Virus record (IMG/VR): IMGVR_UViG_3300045988_135919
Span: 1 to 56,024 of that record
Source: a virus
Length of the DNA: 56,024 bases
Reading direction: 5' to 3' (one strand)
Shown here: in pieces, positions 15,466-26,614 of the stretch
Layout: every line of letters begins with the position of its first letter
How positions within the stretch are numbered: the stretch's first letter is position 1
Made by a program: the position numbers and the translations under genes
Notes under the pieces: generated by a model
What the model saw: the letters and a program-made list of their open reading frames with translations, nothing else
Told to the model about the DNA's origin: nothing
Database searches by the model: none

Positions 15466-17293
15466 ATTCTTCTGTAACCCAGGTCAATGTTCCGTTTATA
15501 TTTTTTAACACTTGTGTCTTTGTTGCATCATATCCTGTCATATTTTCATAATGTGTTTTATCGGTATATAATTTCGTGCTAGGATTGTAATTCCCTGTTG
15601 GTGTATATACCGTTGTATTACTAGCACTAAGTATAAGAGTACCACTAGGAACTCCTATTATATAACATGATGTTATATGATACATATCATTAGTCCAATT
15701 TCCATTAACTATAACTTGTGATGTGACAACTTGTCTTGTATCGTTAAATACATTTAATATTTGAACATCGCCACGAAAATTATAGGTTGTTCTTGTATTC
15801 CTAATAGTGCTAGGACAACTAAAACTCATGTAATAAGGATTGACATCAGATGATGTATAATCGACATAACAAGCTATTCTCTTAATTGTATACAGTTTAT
15901 CTTTATATTTATTAATTAGAGATTCCAATTTTCCTAAAAAAGCTGTATCAGTTATACTTTTTTGTCCACCTGGAAATAAGCCATCAACATAAACCTCCGG
16001 TATATTTTCTACATTAGCACTAACAACACCATTTTCATCAGCACTAAGCCCTTCTCCTAATTTGATACCACCTAAAGTTTCAGCACTTGCTACTGGTAAT
16101 GTATATTTGTTATTATCCACATATTCTTTTGTTGCAGGGTGGTAAGGTCCACTTGGCGTATATGATGTAGTATTTGTTTTAGAAAGATAATTATTACTGT
16201 TGGCAATATGTATTTCTTCTTGTGCCCACCTTCCGCCAGCTGATTTACATGTGAAAATATCATTACTCCAAGTTCCTGTTATACCAAAGTTTAATCCTTG
16301 TATTTTATAATTAAGACCATCTAAAATTAATAATCCGTATAATATTATAGACGTTGGCTTTTTTTGTACATTTGTACCTGAAATATTCAATGTTATGCTT
16401 CTACTAGAAGATTTGGAATATAGTATTAAGGTAAAAGTGTGTAAGCCTTTTTGATACGCATCGTTGACAATTTCACTTATTCTGTTTTTTGTATCAACGG
16501 AGTTTGAATTAAATGGATTATTTCCGTCAAAGCTTTCAACATATAACGTATACAAACCTTCTATTCTACTATCGATTTCTTCTTTAGTATAATAATCAGT
16601 CAAATCAACAGAAGTATCTCCAATGTGTTCCCATCCTGTTGTTTCTGTATAAACATACTCATCATATAAATTTTGTTCACCAGGTTTGTCTTTCTTTAAA
16701 AGATAAATTGTGTCCGTTTCACCAACATCTGGCAAAGTATCTACAACTTGCATTTTAACAGCACCTGGAGCACCTGGAGGACCAGCAATATTTACTGTAG
16801 GTGGGTTTTCCTTTCCTTTATCGTTTGTCCAACTCAAGTCTCCCGTATCACTAATGCTAGGAGTGAAAGTTGCACCATCCAACTCACCATTTTTAGAAGC
16901 CTCTACGACTTTATTGGTTTCTTCGATTAAATTATCAAGTATAGGTAATCTATCATCGGCTTGAACTGGCTCATCAGTAGAAACAAGTTCGAGTCTAACT
17001 GGAAATTCTTTTATTCTCGCTGTTGTTAATCTATTGTCCTCTCCATATAGAGAGATTTCAAACTTGTAATTACCCTCTTGATTTAACACTCCTTTTGTAA
17101 GTTTTAATTGATTATCCGTAATATCTTGAACATAGATTGTACCATCCGGATAAAGTAGTTTAAATACATAACGACCTGTTTGATCGAATGTAAATTTAAA
17201 CAATGTTGAATTATGGTCATTTACAACAAGTATGAAATCAGGAGCATAAATTCTGCCTGTTGTAAAATTGACATCGAAATTATATGTATTCAT
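15464..17293 (-). CDS. Tail fiber / receptor-binding protein with short collagen-like tract and duplicated distal domains
   Basis: 609 aa. GPPGAPGA. Repeated NTTsYTPsGpYhPaTKeYvD and NTTVYTPTGNYNPSTKLYTD junction motifs. Confidence 0.7.
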   Translation of the reverse strand: MNTYNFDVNFTTGRIYAPDFILVVNDHNSTLFKFTFDQTGRYVFKLLYPDGTIYVQDITDNQLKLTKGVLNQEGNYKFEISLYGEDNRLTTARIKEFPVRLELVSTDEPVQADDRLPILDNLIEETNKVVEASKNGELDGATFTPSISDTGDLSWTNDKGKENPPTVNIAGPPGAPGAVKMQVVDTLPDVGETDTIYLLKKDKPGEQNLYDEYVYTETTGWEHIGDTSVDLTDYYTKEEIDSRIEGLYTLYVESFDGNNPFNSNSVDTKNRISEIVNDAYQKGLHTFTLILYSKSSSRSITLNISGTNVQKKPTSIILYGLLILDGLNYKIQGLNFGITGTWSNDIFTCKSAGGRWAQEEIHIANSNNYLSKTNTTSYTPSGPYHPATKEYVDNNKYTLPVASAETLGGIKLGEGLSADENGVVSANVENIPEVYVDGLFPGGQKSITDTAFLGKLESLINKYKDKLYTIKRIACYVDYTSSDVNPYYMSFSCPSTIRNTRTTYNFRGDVQILNVFNDTRQVVTSQVIVNGNWTNDMYHITSCYIIGVPSGTLILSASNTTVYTPTGNYNPSTKLYTDKTHYENMTGYDATKTQVLKNINGTLTWVTEE

Positions 17294-17327
17294 AATAATT
17301 CCTCCTTTATTTTATTATACCACATGT

Positions 17328-19565
17328 TTAGGCAGTTCTTTGCCACATGTATACGGTCATATATGGTGGTAAGGTTGAAGTTGCACCGGTGTTTGCTTTA
17401 TTTTCCAAAACATCTGCCGTTTCATTTTTTCCAGAAGCTTGTACACCAGAGTTACCAAACTCAGATGACGAACCTGTTTGAACAGCTTCTATAAAGTTAT
17501 CTGTATCACCATGATATAATCTAATTAATTTAGCATCTCGTGCAAACATACTACCATAATAAGCATTATACTGAACGCCATAGATATGCGAGTGAGTTTT
17601 ACTACCAGCTATTTTTCCACTAGTTGAAAAATCTTCATCAGATGTATCTACACCAACTAAAAATTTACCTTTTAATTGTTTCCATTCGCCACCGAATAAT
17701 AATTTTGGATTTGTTTGATTTACATTCATATAGATAGAACCAATTGGGTATATAATATCTGCCCAACATGTTGGTGTTATCCAATTGTTATTCTGTTTTG
17801 CGGTTAACGTAGTGGCATCTAAACTATAAAAGCCTGGTGCAGATTTACTTGTTATTTGTTCATAATCGGTTAATGATGTAAAACAATCCGAACCTGTTAA
17901 ACCTTTTGCTATTATTTTTGTTGGAAAATTACCACTGAGAACTGTAGACGGTACAGTTTCATAATTAGTAGTAACAGGTAATGCAAATGTTTTAAATTTG
18001 TTATTAACGTTTATTCCGCCCATTGAAAATTGATTAGTTACTCTAACATCATGATTAGTCCATGAAAACACCGAAACTGCAGAATTTAAAGTACCAGTAT
18101 TTTCAAAAGATGTTAATAAGTCGGACATTTTGTATTCAATTATATAGTTGGTATGATAGTCAAATCCTATTATATTACCACTCGCATCTTTTAAATATAA
18201 CAAATTGCTATCAGATGTTAAATTGTTGGTGTCTATCCAATTGTTTTGTCTTTCACATTTGCTAGTGTCAAGGATAAACCAATCTGACCATGTTGCGTTT
18301 GTATCATCAGCATCTTTATATCGCCAAGTAAATGTGAAGGTATTCTTGTTTTTTTCATCAGCATCAAAATATCCATCATAGAAACGTGCATTAAATACAG
18401 CATATGCTTTTTGTGTTGTTTCTTCCGCACTTATTTGGTCGCCTCTAAAAAAGTAAACAATATTTTTGTTCTGGAAAGAATCATCAGCCCCGACATTTAC
18501 ATAAGGGACCCATCCACTGTAAGTAACTCTGGAGTAACCTGATAATCCACGAGTGTTAGTCATTGTTATATCGAAATAATTTATGGTTGGTTTTATATCT
18601 TTATATTCCCTAACACCAACATCAACCGGTTTTCCAGCAATAGTTAAAGTAGCTAATAAACCATTTATATCGTCTGGATCACTTGGTTGTATTACAAAAT
18701 TATTTCTAGCAATAGATTGATTTGCAACCACTCTTGTTCTATCTTTTGTTAATTTAAATGTTTCTTCATTTTCGTCATAAACTGTTGCAGAGGTTACTTT
18801 AGGTGCACATGATGACATTACAGTTATGACTAAATTCGCTGTGCTATCACCTAAATTATTTTCACCATTATAGGTTGTCAATGTAATCGTTGCATACATT
18901 GCGTTGCTTGTAAATAACGAATATAAATCGGTTTTGCCATCAAAGTATAAATCCATTCCGGTATTTTGCTTATTCATTATTGTTGGGAAAATAATTTCAG
19001 CATCCGACCATTCTCCGTTTGCACCATTAATATATTTAGTAAAACTATCTCCATACGTCACTTTTAATGAGTGCATAAAAGTGCTTGAAGCAGGTTTTAT
19101 TGTTGTTATTTTATTTAATTGTCCAATCAAAGCTCCGTATGATGTACTATCAAAATTTGTTTTTCTGGGTATATATGTTAATGTCATTTCCCCAGAAGCA
19201 TTTGCATTACCACAAGTATAGTTGACACCCGTATTATCGGTAACGGAGAACGATATTGATATTGTTTTATTTCCATCGGTGTCGTGTTCTATTTCAAAAC
19301 TTCCACTTGCAAGGTTTTCTGTTACTTGATCATCGTATCTAGGTATTGTACCCGAAAAAGTGGTACCTCCAATAGAGCCTGAATAAGTTATACGAGAACC
19401 CCAATCTGCCCAATTCCAACCGGTTTGTATTGGGGATATTTGGAAGGTATATGTACCTGATGATTTATTGGTTTCAATATTAGTACTATCTTCATTTACT
19501 ATTAGCGTGAACATATGATGACCTTTGCTACCGTTTGCAGTTATTGTTTTAGTTTGCAATGCCAT
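17328..19565 (-). CDS. Tail fiber/baseplate protein with C-terminal tail-collar-like (MdpB-like) domain
   Basis: 745 aa. IYPIGSIYMNVNQTNPKLLFGGEWKQLKGKFLVG...GSKTHSH...LPPYMTVYMWQRT. Confidence 0.65.
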   Translation of the reverse strand: MALQTKTITANGSKGHHMFTLIVNEDSTNIETNKSSGTYTFQISPIQTGWNWADWGSRITYSGSIGGTTFSGTIPRYDDQVTENLASGSFEIEHDTDGNKTISISFSVTDNTGVNYTCGNANASGEMTLTYIPRKTNFDSTSYGALIGQLNKITTIKPASSTFMHSLKVTYGDSFTKYINGANGEWSDAEIIFPTIMNKQNTGMDLYFDGKTDLYSLFTSNAMYATITLTTYNGENNLGDSTANLVITVMSSCAPKVTSATVYDENEETFKLTKDRTRVVANQSIARNNFVIQPSDPDDINGLLATLTIAGKPVDVGVREYKDIKPTINYFDITMTNTRGLSGYSRVTYSGWVPYVNVGADDSFQNKNIVYFFRGDQISAEETTQKAYAVFNARFYDGYFDADEKNKNTFTFTWRYKDADDTNATWSDWFILDTSKCERQNNWIDTNNLTSDSNLLYLKDASGNIIGFDYHTNYIIEYKMSDLLTSFENTGTLNSAVSVFSWTNHDVRVTNQFSMGGINVNNKFKTFALPVTTNYETVPSTVLSGNFPTKIIAKGLTGSDCFTSLTDYEQITSKSAPGFYSLDATTLTAKQNNNWITPTCWADIIYPIGSIYMNVNQTNPKLLFGGEWKQLKGKFLVGVDTSDEDFSTSGKIAGSKTHSHIYGVQYNAYYGSMFARDAKLIRLYHGDTDNFIEAVQTGSSSEFGNSGVQASGKNETADVLENKANTGATSTLPPYMTVYMWQRTA

Positions 19566-19567
19566 TA

Positions 19568-22500
19568 TTAATCATCTCCTTGTATCCAGAAACATCCAAT
19601 ACGGGTTGTGTTATCTGATTCTTTATACTTTTCAAAACGTCCATTTGTACCGAAGTTAAGATACGTTCTTGCTGTTAAGTTTTCACTTCTTACCCCACTA
19701 TTATCTATTGCAAGCAACGTATTGTTGTTATTTGTATTGGTTATTATCATACCATTAGCATTGACGTTGGTTTTTGTTTGAGCATCTGTTCTACCAACTG
19801 TCATACCATTTATGTCAAATATCGTAGTTGCAGTTTCAAGAGAAGTAACAACAGTTCCATCAACACCAACACCACTAACAATGTCCCGTATTTCCGATTT
19901 AGTGTAAACATCTCCGATTGTAATCATATTCCCTCTAATATCTTTGATGTCATCTCCAATCTTAGTTATCTCTTGGTTAATAATTGTTATTTCTTTATTT
20001 GCCCTATCAACATTTATCCCAATGCGATTCATTCGGCGTTCAAGACTATCTTTATAACCATATGTATCTTCGGTTTTTGTTTCACCTTCGCTTGAAATAT
20101 CGCTCTTAATGTGTCCAGTATACTTTAATGTGTTCGTGAACGGATATGTAATTATTTTATTCAACTCCATATCACTCACTTCAATTGGCTCATAAGCCTT
20201 TAACCAAGGGTGCCCAATTGTTTCCATTTTTGTTATAGGTCTATATTGTATACCCCACAAAATATCGCAACCTTGTATAGCCTCTAGTTGCAACTGGTCA
20301 GATATTTCTAAGGTAGTACCCATTGTTAAAGGATTGTTATAAATATTAATTGTTGTTGTATCGGTTGACGTGCTATTTCCATCTGTCAATTCATGTCCTT
20401 GACCATCAACATCTTGAAGTCCACAAAATACTCTATTTATAGGACCATACGATTTCTTTTGTGTTTCTAATGAATAGTATTGGTCATAATTTAATTTGTG
20501 ATATTTATCAAAGTTAACATATTCTGTGTTAAGTGTTCTTATATAGCATATATCGTCCCAATCTACTTCACAATAGCCAAATGCAAGTTCCGAAATATAT
20601 TTCATAATATCTCTACAAGTTTCACCACTTGTAAATTGGTTGCTTAATATTTTAAAATCTGAATGAATAAAATTCGTACTTCCCAGTTTTATACCAACTT
20701 GGGTACAAGTGTAATTGGCTAACCATCCGTTTGTAACATACGATTGTTCTTTTATCATATCATTAAAGCTTTTTGTAAAAGCATTATTTGTAAAGTTTGC
20801 GTCAAAGGGTATATTAAATAAGATTGTTAAATCGTACCCCGTATACTTTGTGTTATCACTCACCTCATCATCATTAGGTTTGCTTATGATGTATGTTCCT
20901 AAAGAATACCAATTTGTTGCAGTAGATTTGAATTTTGATAATCCCATTCTAACTTCAACATATTTATCCTCAATATTGAAATCGTCTGTAATATTTTGAA
21001 GATTACCAGTTAATTCTTTTGCGGTAAATTGACCAAAGAAACCTACATCTGGAACGTATCTTTCATCGTCAATTGTCCAATCTTTAACCGAATTTGTTTC
21101 CGTTAAAATAGTTATATCTTGAGTAGAATAGTTTGATAATGAGATTTCTGTTGGTGTTTCTAATCTATATTGTAGGAATCCTCCATTGTATTTTTCTTGC
21201 ATCGTAGCGAGTGTATCCGTACTTGTACCAACAAAAACAACATTTGCAGGATTTTCATAGCAAGTACCAGGTTCGTAAGATTGGACGAAAATAGCTTTTT
21301 CAGCTAAAAGTGTGGAAACACCCGTTCTCTTTTTAGTTGGTTTTGGTGTAACAGCACTACCAATATTACCATTTGATAACGTTAATGTATTAGATATTGA
21401 AACCGACCACTTCCCAATGTTTTTATCAACATAAACATCACTTGCACGATAAGGTTTGTATTTTATAGGTTTATTAGTAACACTAATAAGTAAATCTGTA
21501 TAATCAACGTAATCTCCTTCATTACTTGTCCCACTTACATTTGCATAAAACAACGCCCATATCCTATCACAATTTTTAGGGAACTCACTAGGAATTGTAA
21601 CAGTGATACTCTTATTTACTGTTGCACCGAAGTTCACTATAGATTGAGTAGAGGGTATTGTGCTGTTACCAAAATAAAGAGAAAGTCGCCCTACATTTGC
21701 TGCACTTGGTGTTATGTTACACGAAATAGTTAATGTTTTATCCAGTAGCTCTTCTTTTCCCAACTCAATTGCACAATATTTATAGTTACCAGCTTGTATC
21801 GCAGTTGACCTAATGCCAGTATCTAACGTCGTTTTAATTGAACTTGAGCCATTTAATGCAACGGCATTTTTATCGAATATATTTCTTTTAGTATCATAAA
21901 CCAATCTATCGAAAACATTATTCGGTAAGCTACACAACTCGTTTTCACCTAAATCAACTGTCAATAATTTTTTGTCAGTTGCATATGGTACAACTATTTG
22001 TATTTGACCTTTTATTGAAGAAATCGGACTCGGATACTCGGGACTAGGAATTACATAATAAGGTTCGTAATCTTTTTTTTCCACAGGTGTTAAACTTAGC
22101 ATTGGATAGCATATCACATTCTCAAATGTTCTAGTTGTTCCTTTAGCAACTTGTAAGTAAATTCTTGCAGTAATATCTTCGGGTAAAGTAACGACTTTAA
22201 CTGTAGAACTACTTAATGTTATGTATTGTGAACCCGTATAAGCAACCATACTTATTTCAGGATAGTCTTGTTCAATGGAATAATATGTTCCAGCTTTTAA
22301 AACGTTTGGATTATCGGAATTGGATAGCCAAACAACACTATTATTAACATTATTATTAGTACCATTCAATACATATGTTCCATCATCATTTAGTGTATAC
22401 GTTATACCATTGTTAGTTACATTTGTGTTTTTAGTTTTATTTTCTAACAAGTTTTTACTAACTTTTGTTTCTTGATAAGATTCACCGTTTAAGTAATAAT

Positions 22501-22642
22501 AATCGTTTTCTGCGTCATATTGCATTTCGTAACTTGGACCAGGTAGTTTTGTATCCGAGATTAATAATTTAGTTTTAATGGTACAATCACCATTTAATAA
22601 TAAGTCTTTATCTGAGTTGGTTATTTCTGTTAAAACAGCCAT
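19568..22642 (-). CDS. Large tail-tip (Tal-like) structural protein
   Basis: 1024 aa. Sits after the TMP and the Dit-position ORF. The call rests on synteny and size. No catalytic motif recognised. Confidence 0.6.
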   Translation of the reverse strand: MAVLTEITNSDKDLLLNGDCTIKTKLLISDTKLPGPSYEMQYDAENDYYYLNGESYQETKVSKNLLENKTKNTNVTNNGITYTLNDDGTYVLNGTNNNVNNSVVWLSNSDNPNVLKAGTYYSIEQDYPEISMVAYTGSQYITLSSSTVKVVTLPEDITARIYLQVAKGTTRTFENVICYPMLSLTPVEKKDYEPYYVIPSPEYPSPISSIKGQIQIVVPYATDKKLLTVDLGENELCSLPNNVFDRLVYDTKRNIFDKNAVALNGSSSIKTTLDTGIRSTAIQAGNYKYCAIELGKEELLDKTLTISCNITPSAANVGRLSLYFGNSTIPSTQSIVNFGATVNKSITVTIPSEFPKNCDRIWALFYANVSGTSNEGDYVDYTDLLISVTNKPIKYKPYRASDVYVDKNIGKWSVSISNTLTLSNGNIGSAVTPKPTKKRTGVSTLLAEKAIFVQSYEPGTCYENPANVVFVGTSTDTLATMQEKYNGGFLQYRLETPTEISLSNYSTQDITILTETNSVKDWTIDDERYVPDVGFFGQFTAKELTGNLQNITDDFNIEDKYVEVRMGLSKFKSTATNWYSLGTYIISKPNDDEVSDNTKYTGYDLTILFNIPFDANFTNNAFTKSFNDMIKEQSYVTNGWLANYTCTQVGIKLGSTNFIHSDFKILSNQFTSGETCRDIMKYISELAFGYCEVDWDDICYIRTLNTEYVNFDKYHKLNYDQYYSLETQKKSYGPINRVFCGLQDVDGQGHELTDGNSTSTDTTTINIYNNPLTMGTTLEISDQLQLEAIQGCDILWGIQYRPITKMETIGHPWLKAYEPIEVSDMELNKIITYPFTNTLKYTGHIKSDISSEGETKTEDTYGYKDSLERRMNRIGINVDRANKEITIINQEITKIGDDIKDIRGNMITIGDVYTKSEIRDIVSGVGVDGTVVTSLETATTIFDINGMTVGRTDAQTKTNVNANGMIITNTNNNNTLLAIDNSGVRSENLTARTYLNFGTNGRFEKYKESDNTTRIGCFWIQGDD

Positions 22643-22653
22643 TATCTCACCTC

Positions 22654-23058
22654 CTAATGACCTATTAATTGAAAGTCATCCATAACAATCATAGGTTGAC
22701 CAGCATAAACTATTGTTTTATATTGTAAGTCATTGTGATAAAATGTATCGGTTATATAAGATTTGGATTTGGCATCCCACACTTCAACCGTTAAATACAT
22801 TCCGTATCCAGATTCATCACCATGTAAAGCATCCCAATAAACTTCAAATTGTTCTTCTGTCATAGGTGGAAACCCCATCCATATTTTTGCTCTAGTGTGT
22901 GGGAGAACTTTTATTTGAAGTTTCCCACTTGCTAGAACACCTGCGTCAGTTACTTGAACAAGAGCAGGAGCGAATTTAAAAGCTTCTCTTTTTATAGATG
23001 GATTTTGGAATTTACAATCACCTATTTTTACATAATATTTTGGTTCTTCTTGATTCAT
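22654..23058 (-). CDS. Small tail protein in the distal-tail (Dit) position
   Basis: 134 aa, directly after the TMP. Shorter than typical Dit proteins. Confidence 0.4.
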   Translation of the reverse strand: MNQEEPKYYVKIGDCKFQNPSIKREAFKFAPALVQVTDAGVLASGKLQIKVLPHTRAKIWMGFPPMTEEQFEVYWDALHGDESGYGMYLTVEVWDAKSKSYITDTFYHNDLQYKTIVYAGQPMIVMDDFQLIGH

Positions 23059-23068
23059 AAATTACCTC

Positions 23069-25825
23069 CTATAAATTGATTGTTCCGTATTTATTATTTT
23101 GTAATTTATTATATTGTTGTTGTTTTTTATATAAAGTTTCGTTGCCAAGATTAATTACAATTGGTTGTGTTGAATCACTTTCTTGAATAGCCTCTTTAAC
23201 ACCTTGTTTTATACCTTGAACTATTTGGTCATTGTTAGCAACTGCTGCACTATTACCAATTCTTCCAATATATTCGGGTACGCCGTTTTCATTGGCATAA
23301 AAGAATTGTCCACTCGGTACGAAACCGCCATTTGCTCGACCACCAGCCGTAGCTTTCACTTGTGGTGGCTCAATTCTAGGTAGTTGTAGTTTTGATATAG
23401 GATTAATACTTATGTTTATACCTACTTTATCAAATGCTTTGGCAATCGTATCGTTCCAACCAGATATTAATAAATTTAGTGGTTTCACGAAAACTGTGTT
23501 GATAAATACTTCTACTAACCATGCACCAAAATTAACTAATGCAGCACCCAATGATTTTAAAGCATCACCTATGCCACCTAATGCTTTTTCAGCACCTTTT
23601 CCAGCTTTTTCCCAATCATCTGTAAACACACCAGTTAGAAACTCTACAACACCACTCAATGCTTTTACAACACCCACAATGGCATCACCGAGCCAACCAA
23701 AGATTGGTTCTAATGTTTCTTCCCAAAAACTAATAACATTATCTATTAACGGTTTTAATGATTCGTCGTATAACAATTTTAAATCACTAATCATATCCCC
23801 AATATATCCAAGTATTTCGTCTAAATCACTCGACAAATATTCGTCATATATTTTTTTAAAATAACTTGCTATCCTATCGATCCATCCGAATATATCGCTT
23901 AATATATTATTAACTAGTTCAATTGCTGATTGAAAATCATCACTAATCGTCCAATCTAAGAATTTATTGGCAATATCACCAACGAAACCGCTTATCGTTT
24001 TAAATGTATTTGATAAACTAGAAAATATCTTACCGACCGTTCCATTCTCACTTAGGGTTTGTATTGTGGTTTCACCTAATTCTATAATTTTTCCAATTAT
24101 CTGATTGATATCTTCTGCAACACCACTAAATACCGTTGTTCCAGCAATACCATCAAATAATCCACCTGCACTGGAGATTATTTGTTGTATTGTGGACACT
24201 ACCGATGAAACAATTCCAGACCAATCTATATTTACTATCGTATCTCTAATTGCAGATCCAAGAGCCGTCCAGTTAATTCGTTGAAACATTGTTGTGAAAG
24301 CATCTGCTGATTTAATAATAGTATCGTTTATTTTTTGCCCCATGACTGACCAATCGAAACTCTCAACAGCATCACTTATTCCCCCAAAGATGGCAGTGAA
24401 AATATTTATTTTACTAGCAATCATATCACCTATTTTTAGATTTTTAACAAAAGTGGTTAGTTTTTTGCCGAGTTGTTTGAAATCTATAGTATTGATTATA
24501 TTTGTAATAGAATCTCTAAAGAGTATAACGCTTTCGCTAATGCTAGTCGCTAATGCTCCGAAATCTAGTTTTCCAACAAAACCATTGAAAAATTCACCAA
24601 TCTGTGTTGTAATTTCCATTACTTTTTGACGTGCGGTATCTAATCCATTGTTTAAAAATGTTATACCATCGTTTATTCCACTAGCAAAAACTTCACCGAC
24701 ACCTTTCCATTTTCCTGTATCTAATGCCTGTTCGATACTCGCCTTGACTTCTTTGATCCAATCAACTATTTTTTGAATCGGTGTTAAGTCAATTTTATCC
24801 ATATCTATTAATTGGTCATCGTCACCACCAGTATCTTTTTTAAATTCAACAACATTCAAATCATCAAACTTTTGAAGATTACCAAGTGTGTCTTTGGCTG
24901 ATTTTCCCCAACCTTTCATGGCTTTTTCATTTGCTCTCGCAATTAAATCAATACCAGTTAAAGCGTATATCACTGAGTAGATAACTCTAACGAATTGATG
25001 GAATAAATATTGAACGTATTCAAGTGCTGGTGCAAGCTGAGCACCCATTGCTCTCCAAGTGTTTGTAAATGCTTTTTGAAGTTCCCCATCCATTTGTAAA
25101 TATTCATCAGCTGCTTTTCGCACAAAGGTAAATGCACTACGAACACTTAACAAAGCAAATCCCATTTGTTTTATTTTGCTACTTACTCGTTTAAATGGCT
25201 TTTCCAAACCTTTGACAACTGTTTTTCCACCAGAAAAAATCGTCTTGAATAATTTGCCCACAGATTTCAGACCATTTTCCAATCTAGTTAATGTTTTTTG
25301 CAATGATTTTGTGCTTTTCTTAGCTGCATTATGCGCATCGATTAAAGTACGAATCCTAACATTATAATTTCTTGCTAATGTAGACATAGCGTTGAAACCT
25401 GCTGCAATTTCTTTCATTTCATCTGCGAGTGGTTTAAGTTTAATCGCCAATTCAGTTGCCACTCTTCCAACATTTTCTAAAGTGTCTGGTGTAATACTAT
25501 CCATTACTTCTGGAAGTTTTTTTAAATTATCGGCTAATGAACCTAGATTTTTTGTACTACCGATACTTTCCAAAGGTTTAACATATTCAGCTATTTTTCC
25601 AATATTTTTTAATTTATCGGCTACTCCCGAAATACCTTTACTAGCGTTTTTTATATTTTCTAAAGAAGTCGCTAGTTTGTTAAGATTGTTAAATCCACCA
25701 GATATAGCACTTTTTAAATTCGCAAGGCTTGCGGCTAATTTATCAATATTTGACACAGCATGTCCGGCATTACTCTCAATGTTTAACATTACAGTATCTA
25801 ATGAAACTGCTCCTTGACTAGCCAT
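23069..25825 (-). CDS. Tape measure protein
   Basis: 918 aa. Helical and Gly/Ala-rich with repetitive ..I..L..W.. segments. Sits after the chaperone pair. Confidence 0.9.
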   Translation of the reverse strand: MASQGAVSLDTVMLNIESNAGHAVSNIDKLAASLANLKSAISGGFNNLNKLATSLENIKNASKGISGVADKLKNIGKIAEYVKPLESIGSTKNLGSLADNLKKLPEVMDSITPDTLENVGRVATELAIKLKPLADEMKEIAAGFNAMSTLARNYNVRIRTLIDAHNAAKKSTKSLQKTLTRLENGLKSVGKLFKTIFSGGKTVVKGLEKPFKRVSSKIKQMGFALLSVRSAFTFVRKAADEYLQMDGELQKAFTNTWRAMGAQLAPALEYVQYLFHQFVRVIYSVIYALTGIDLIARANEKAMKGWGKSAKDTLGNLQKFDDLNVVEFKKDTGGDDDQLIDMDKIDLTPIQKIVDWIKEVKASIEQALDTGKWKGVGEVFASGINDGITFLNNGLDTARQKVMEITTQIGEFFNGFVGKLDFGALATSISESVILFRDSITNIINTIDFKQLGKKLTTFVKNLKIGDMIASKINIFTAIFGGISDAVESFDWSVMGQKINDTIIKSADAFTTMFQRINWTALGSAIRDTIVNIDWSGIVSSVVSTIQQIISSAGGLFDGIAGTTVFSGVAEDINQIIGKIIELGETTIQTLSENGTVGKIFSSLSNTFKTISGFVGDIANKFLDWTISDDFQSAIELVNNILSDIFGWIDRIASYFKKIYDEYLSSDLDEILGYIGDMISDLKLLYDESLKPLIDNVISFWEETLEPIFGWLGDAIVGVVKALSGVVEFLTGVFTDDWEKAGKGAEKALGGIGDALKSLGAALVNFGAWLVEVFINTVFVKPLNLLISGWNDTIAKAFDKVGINISINPISKLQLPRIEPPQVKATAGGRANGGFVPSGQFFYANENGVPEYIGRIGNSAAVANNDQIVQGIKQGVKEAIQESDSTQPIVINLGNETLYKKQQQYNKLQNNKYGTINL

Positions 25826-25840
25826 ATAATCACCTTCTTT

Positions 25841-26281
25841 TTATTTATTTTTAAATTTTTGTTCCATTGCTCTAAACACATTATTAAAGTGTATCATTGC
25901 TTTTAATCTCTCGTTTTCCCTATCTTGTTCAATTTCTTCTTGTGTCTTTTCACGAGGAACGATTTTATCGAGTAAAAATGGTTTATCAGCATAGGGTAGA
26001 GGCTTTGTTCCTTTTTTAGAAAAGGCATGTAGTATAGGTGAAACTTTACAAAGAGCTTCGTATACATACATGCCTTGCATCCAATTATTCTCGTCTTGTT
26101 GTTGTAATTTCAATTTATAAGATTCTCGATAAAATTTAACCCTATAAGCAGAACCATACCAAAATTCATTGTATGTCATTCCGTAAGACATATATATTGG
26201 ACAATTTTTCTCAAAAAGTTCCGTGAGAGAAGTATGCTCTACTTTTGAACCTTCTTCGGAGAAAGGTCCACTACTTCCCAT
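25841..26281 (-). CDS. Tail assembly chaperone, T-like frame (probably made as a G-T fusion by -1 frameshift)
   Basis: Overlaps the G-like ORF by 43 nt in the -1 frame. No RBS precedes its ATG. Confidence 0.6.
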   Translation of the reverse strand: MGSSGPFSEEGSKVEHTSLTELFEKNCPIYMSYGMTYNEFWYGSAYRVKFYRESYKLKLQQQDENNWMQGMYVYEALCKVSPILHAFSKKGTKPLPYADKPFLLDKIVPREKTQEEIEQDRENERLKAMIHFNNVFRAMEQKFKNK

Positions 26282-26595
26282 TCGGCGTTTCCCTCGTCAT
26301 CTGGTTCAGCATCGTCAAACAATGCTTCATATGTTTCTTGAATCATTTGAATAAGTGCTTCTATTAGTTCATCTTTCTTAGGACATTTTTTATAGATTTC
26401 ATCAATTACACTTTGTTTAGTTTTCCTATGATGTTTTATAAATGCACCTGCGAAAGCCATTTCTATATTACTCATTGGCTTGTTTAAAAACTCTTGAATA
26501 TTAAATCCATTCGCTTCCAATGTTTTAACACTCATTCTATCATATTCAAGTGTATAAGGAACACCTTGGTATGTTAAATTAATTTTAGTATTCAT
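26239..26595 (-). CDS. Tail assembly chaperone (G-like)
   Basis: 118 aa, acidic C-terminus. Lies between the major tail protein and the TMP. Confidence 0.65.
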   Translation of the reverse strand: MNTKINLTYQGVPYTLEYDRMSVKTLEANGFNIQEFLNKPMSNIEMAFAGAFIKHHRKTKQSVIDEIYKKCPKKDELIEALIQMIQETYEALFDDAEPDDEGNAEWEVVDLSPKKVQK

Positions 26596-26614
26596 ATCTT
26601 ATCCTTCTTTCTAA

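Noticed and set aside
15464-22642. Diversity-generating retroelement acting on the tail fibers
   Set aside because: No reverse transcriptase ORF and no template/variable repeat pair were seen. The internal similarity in 15464-17293 is a protein-domain duplication.
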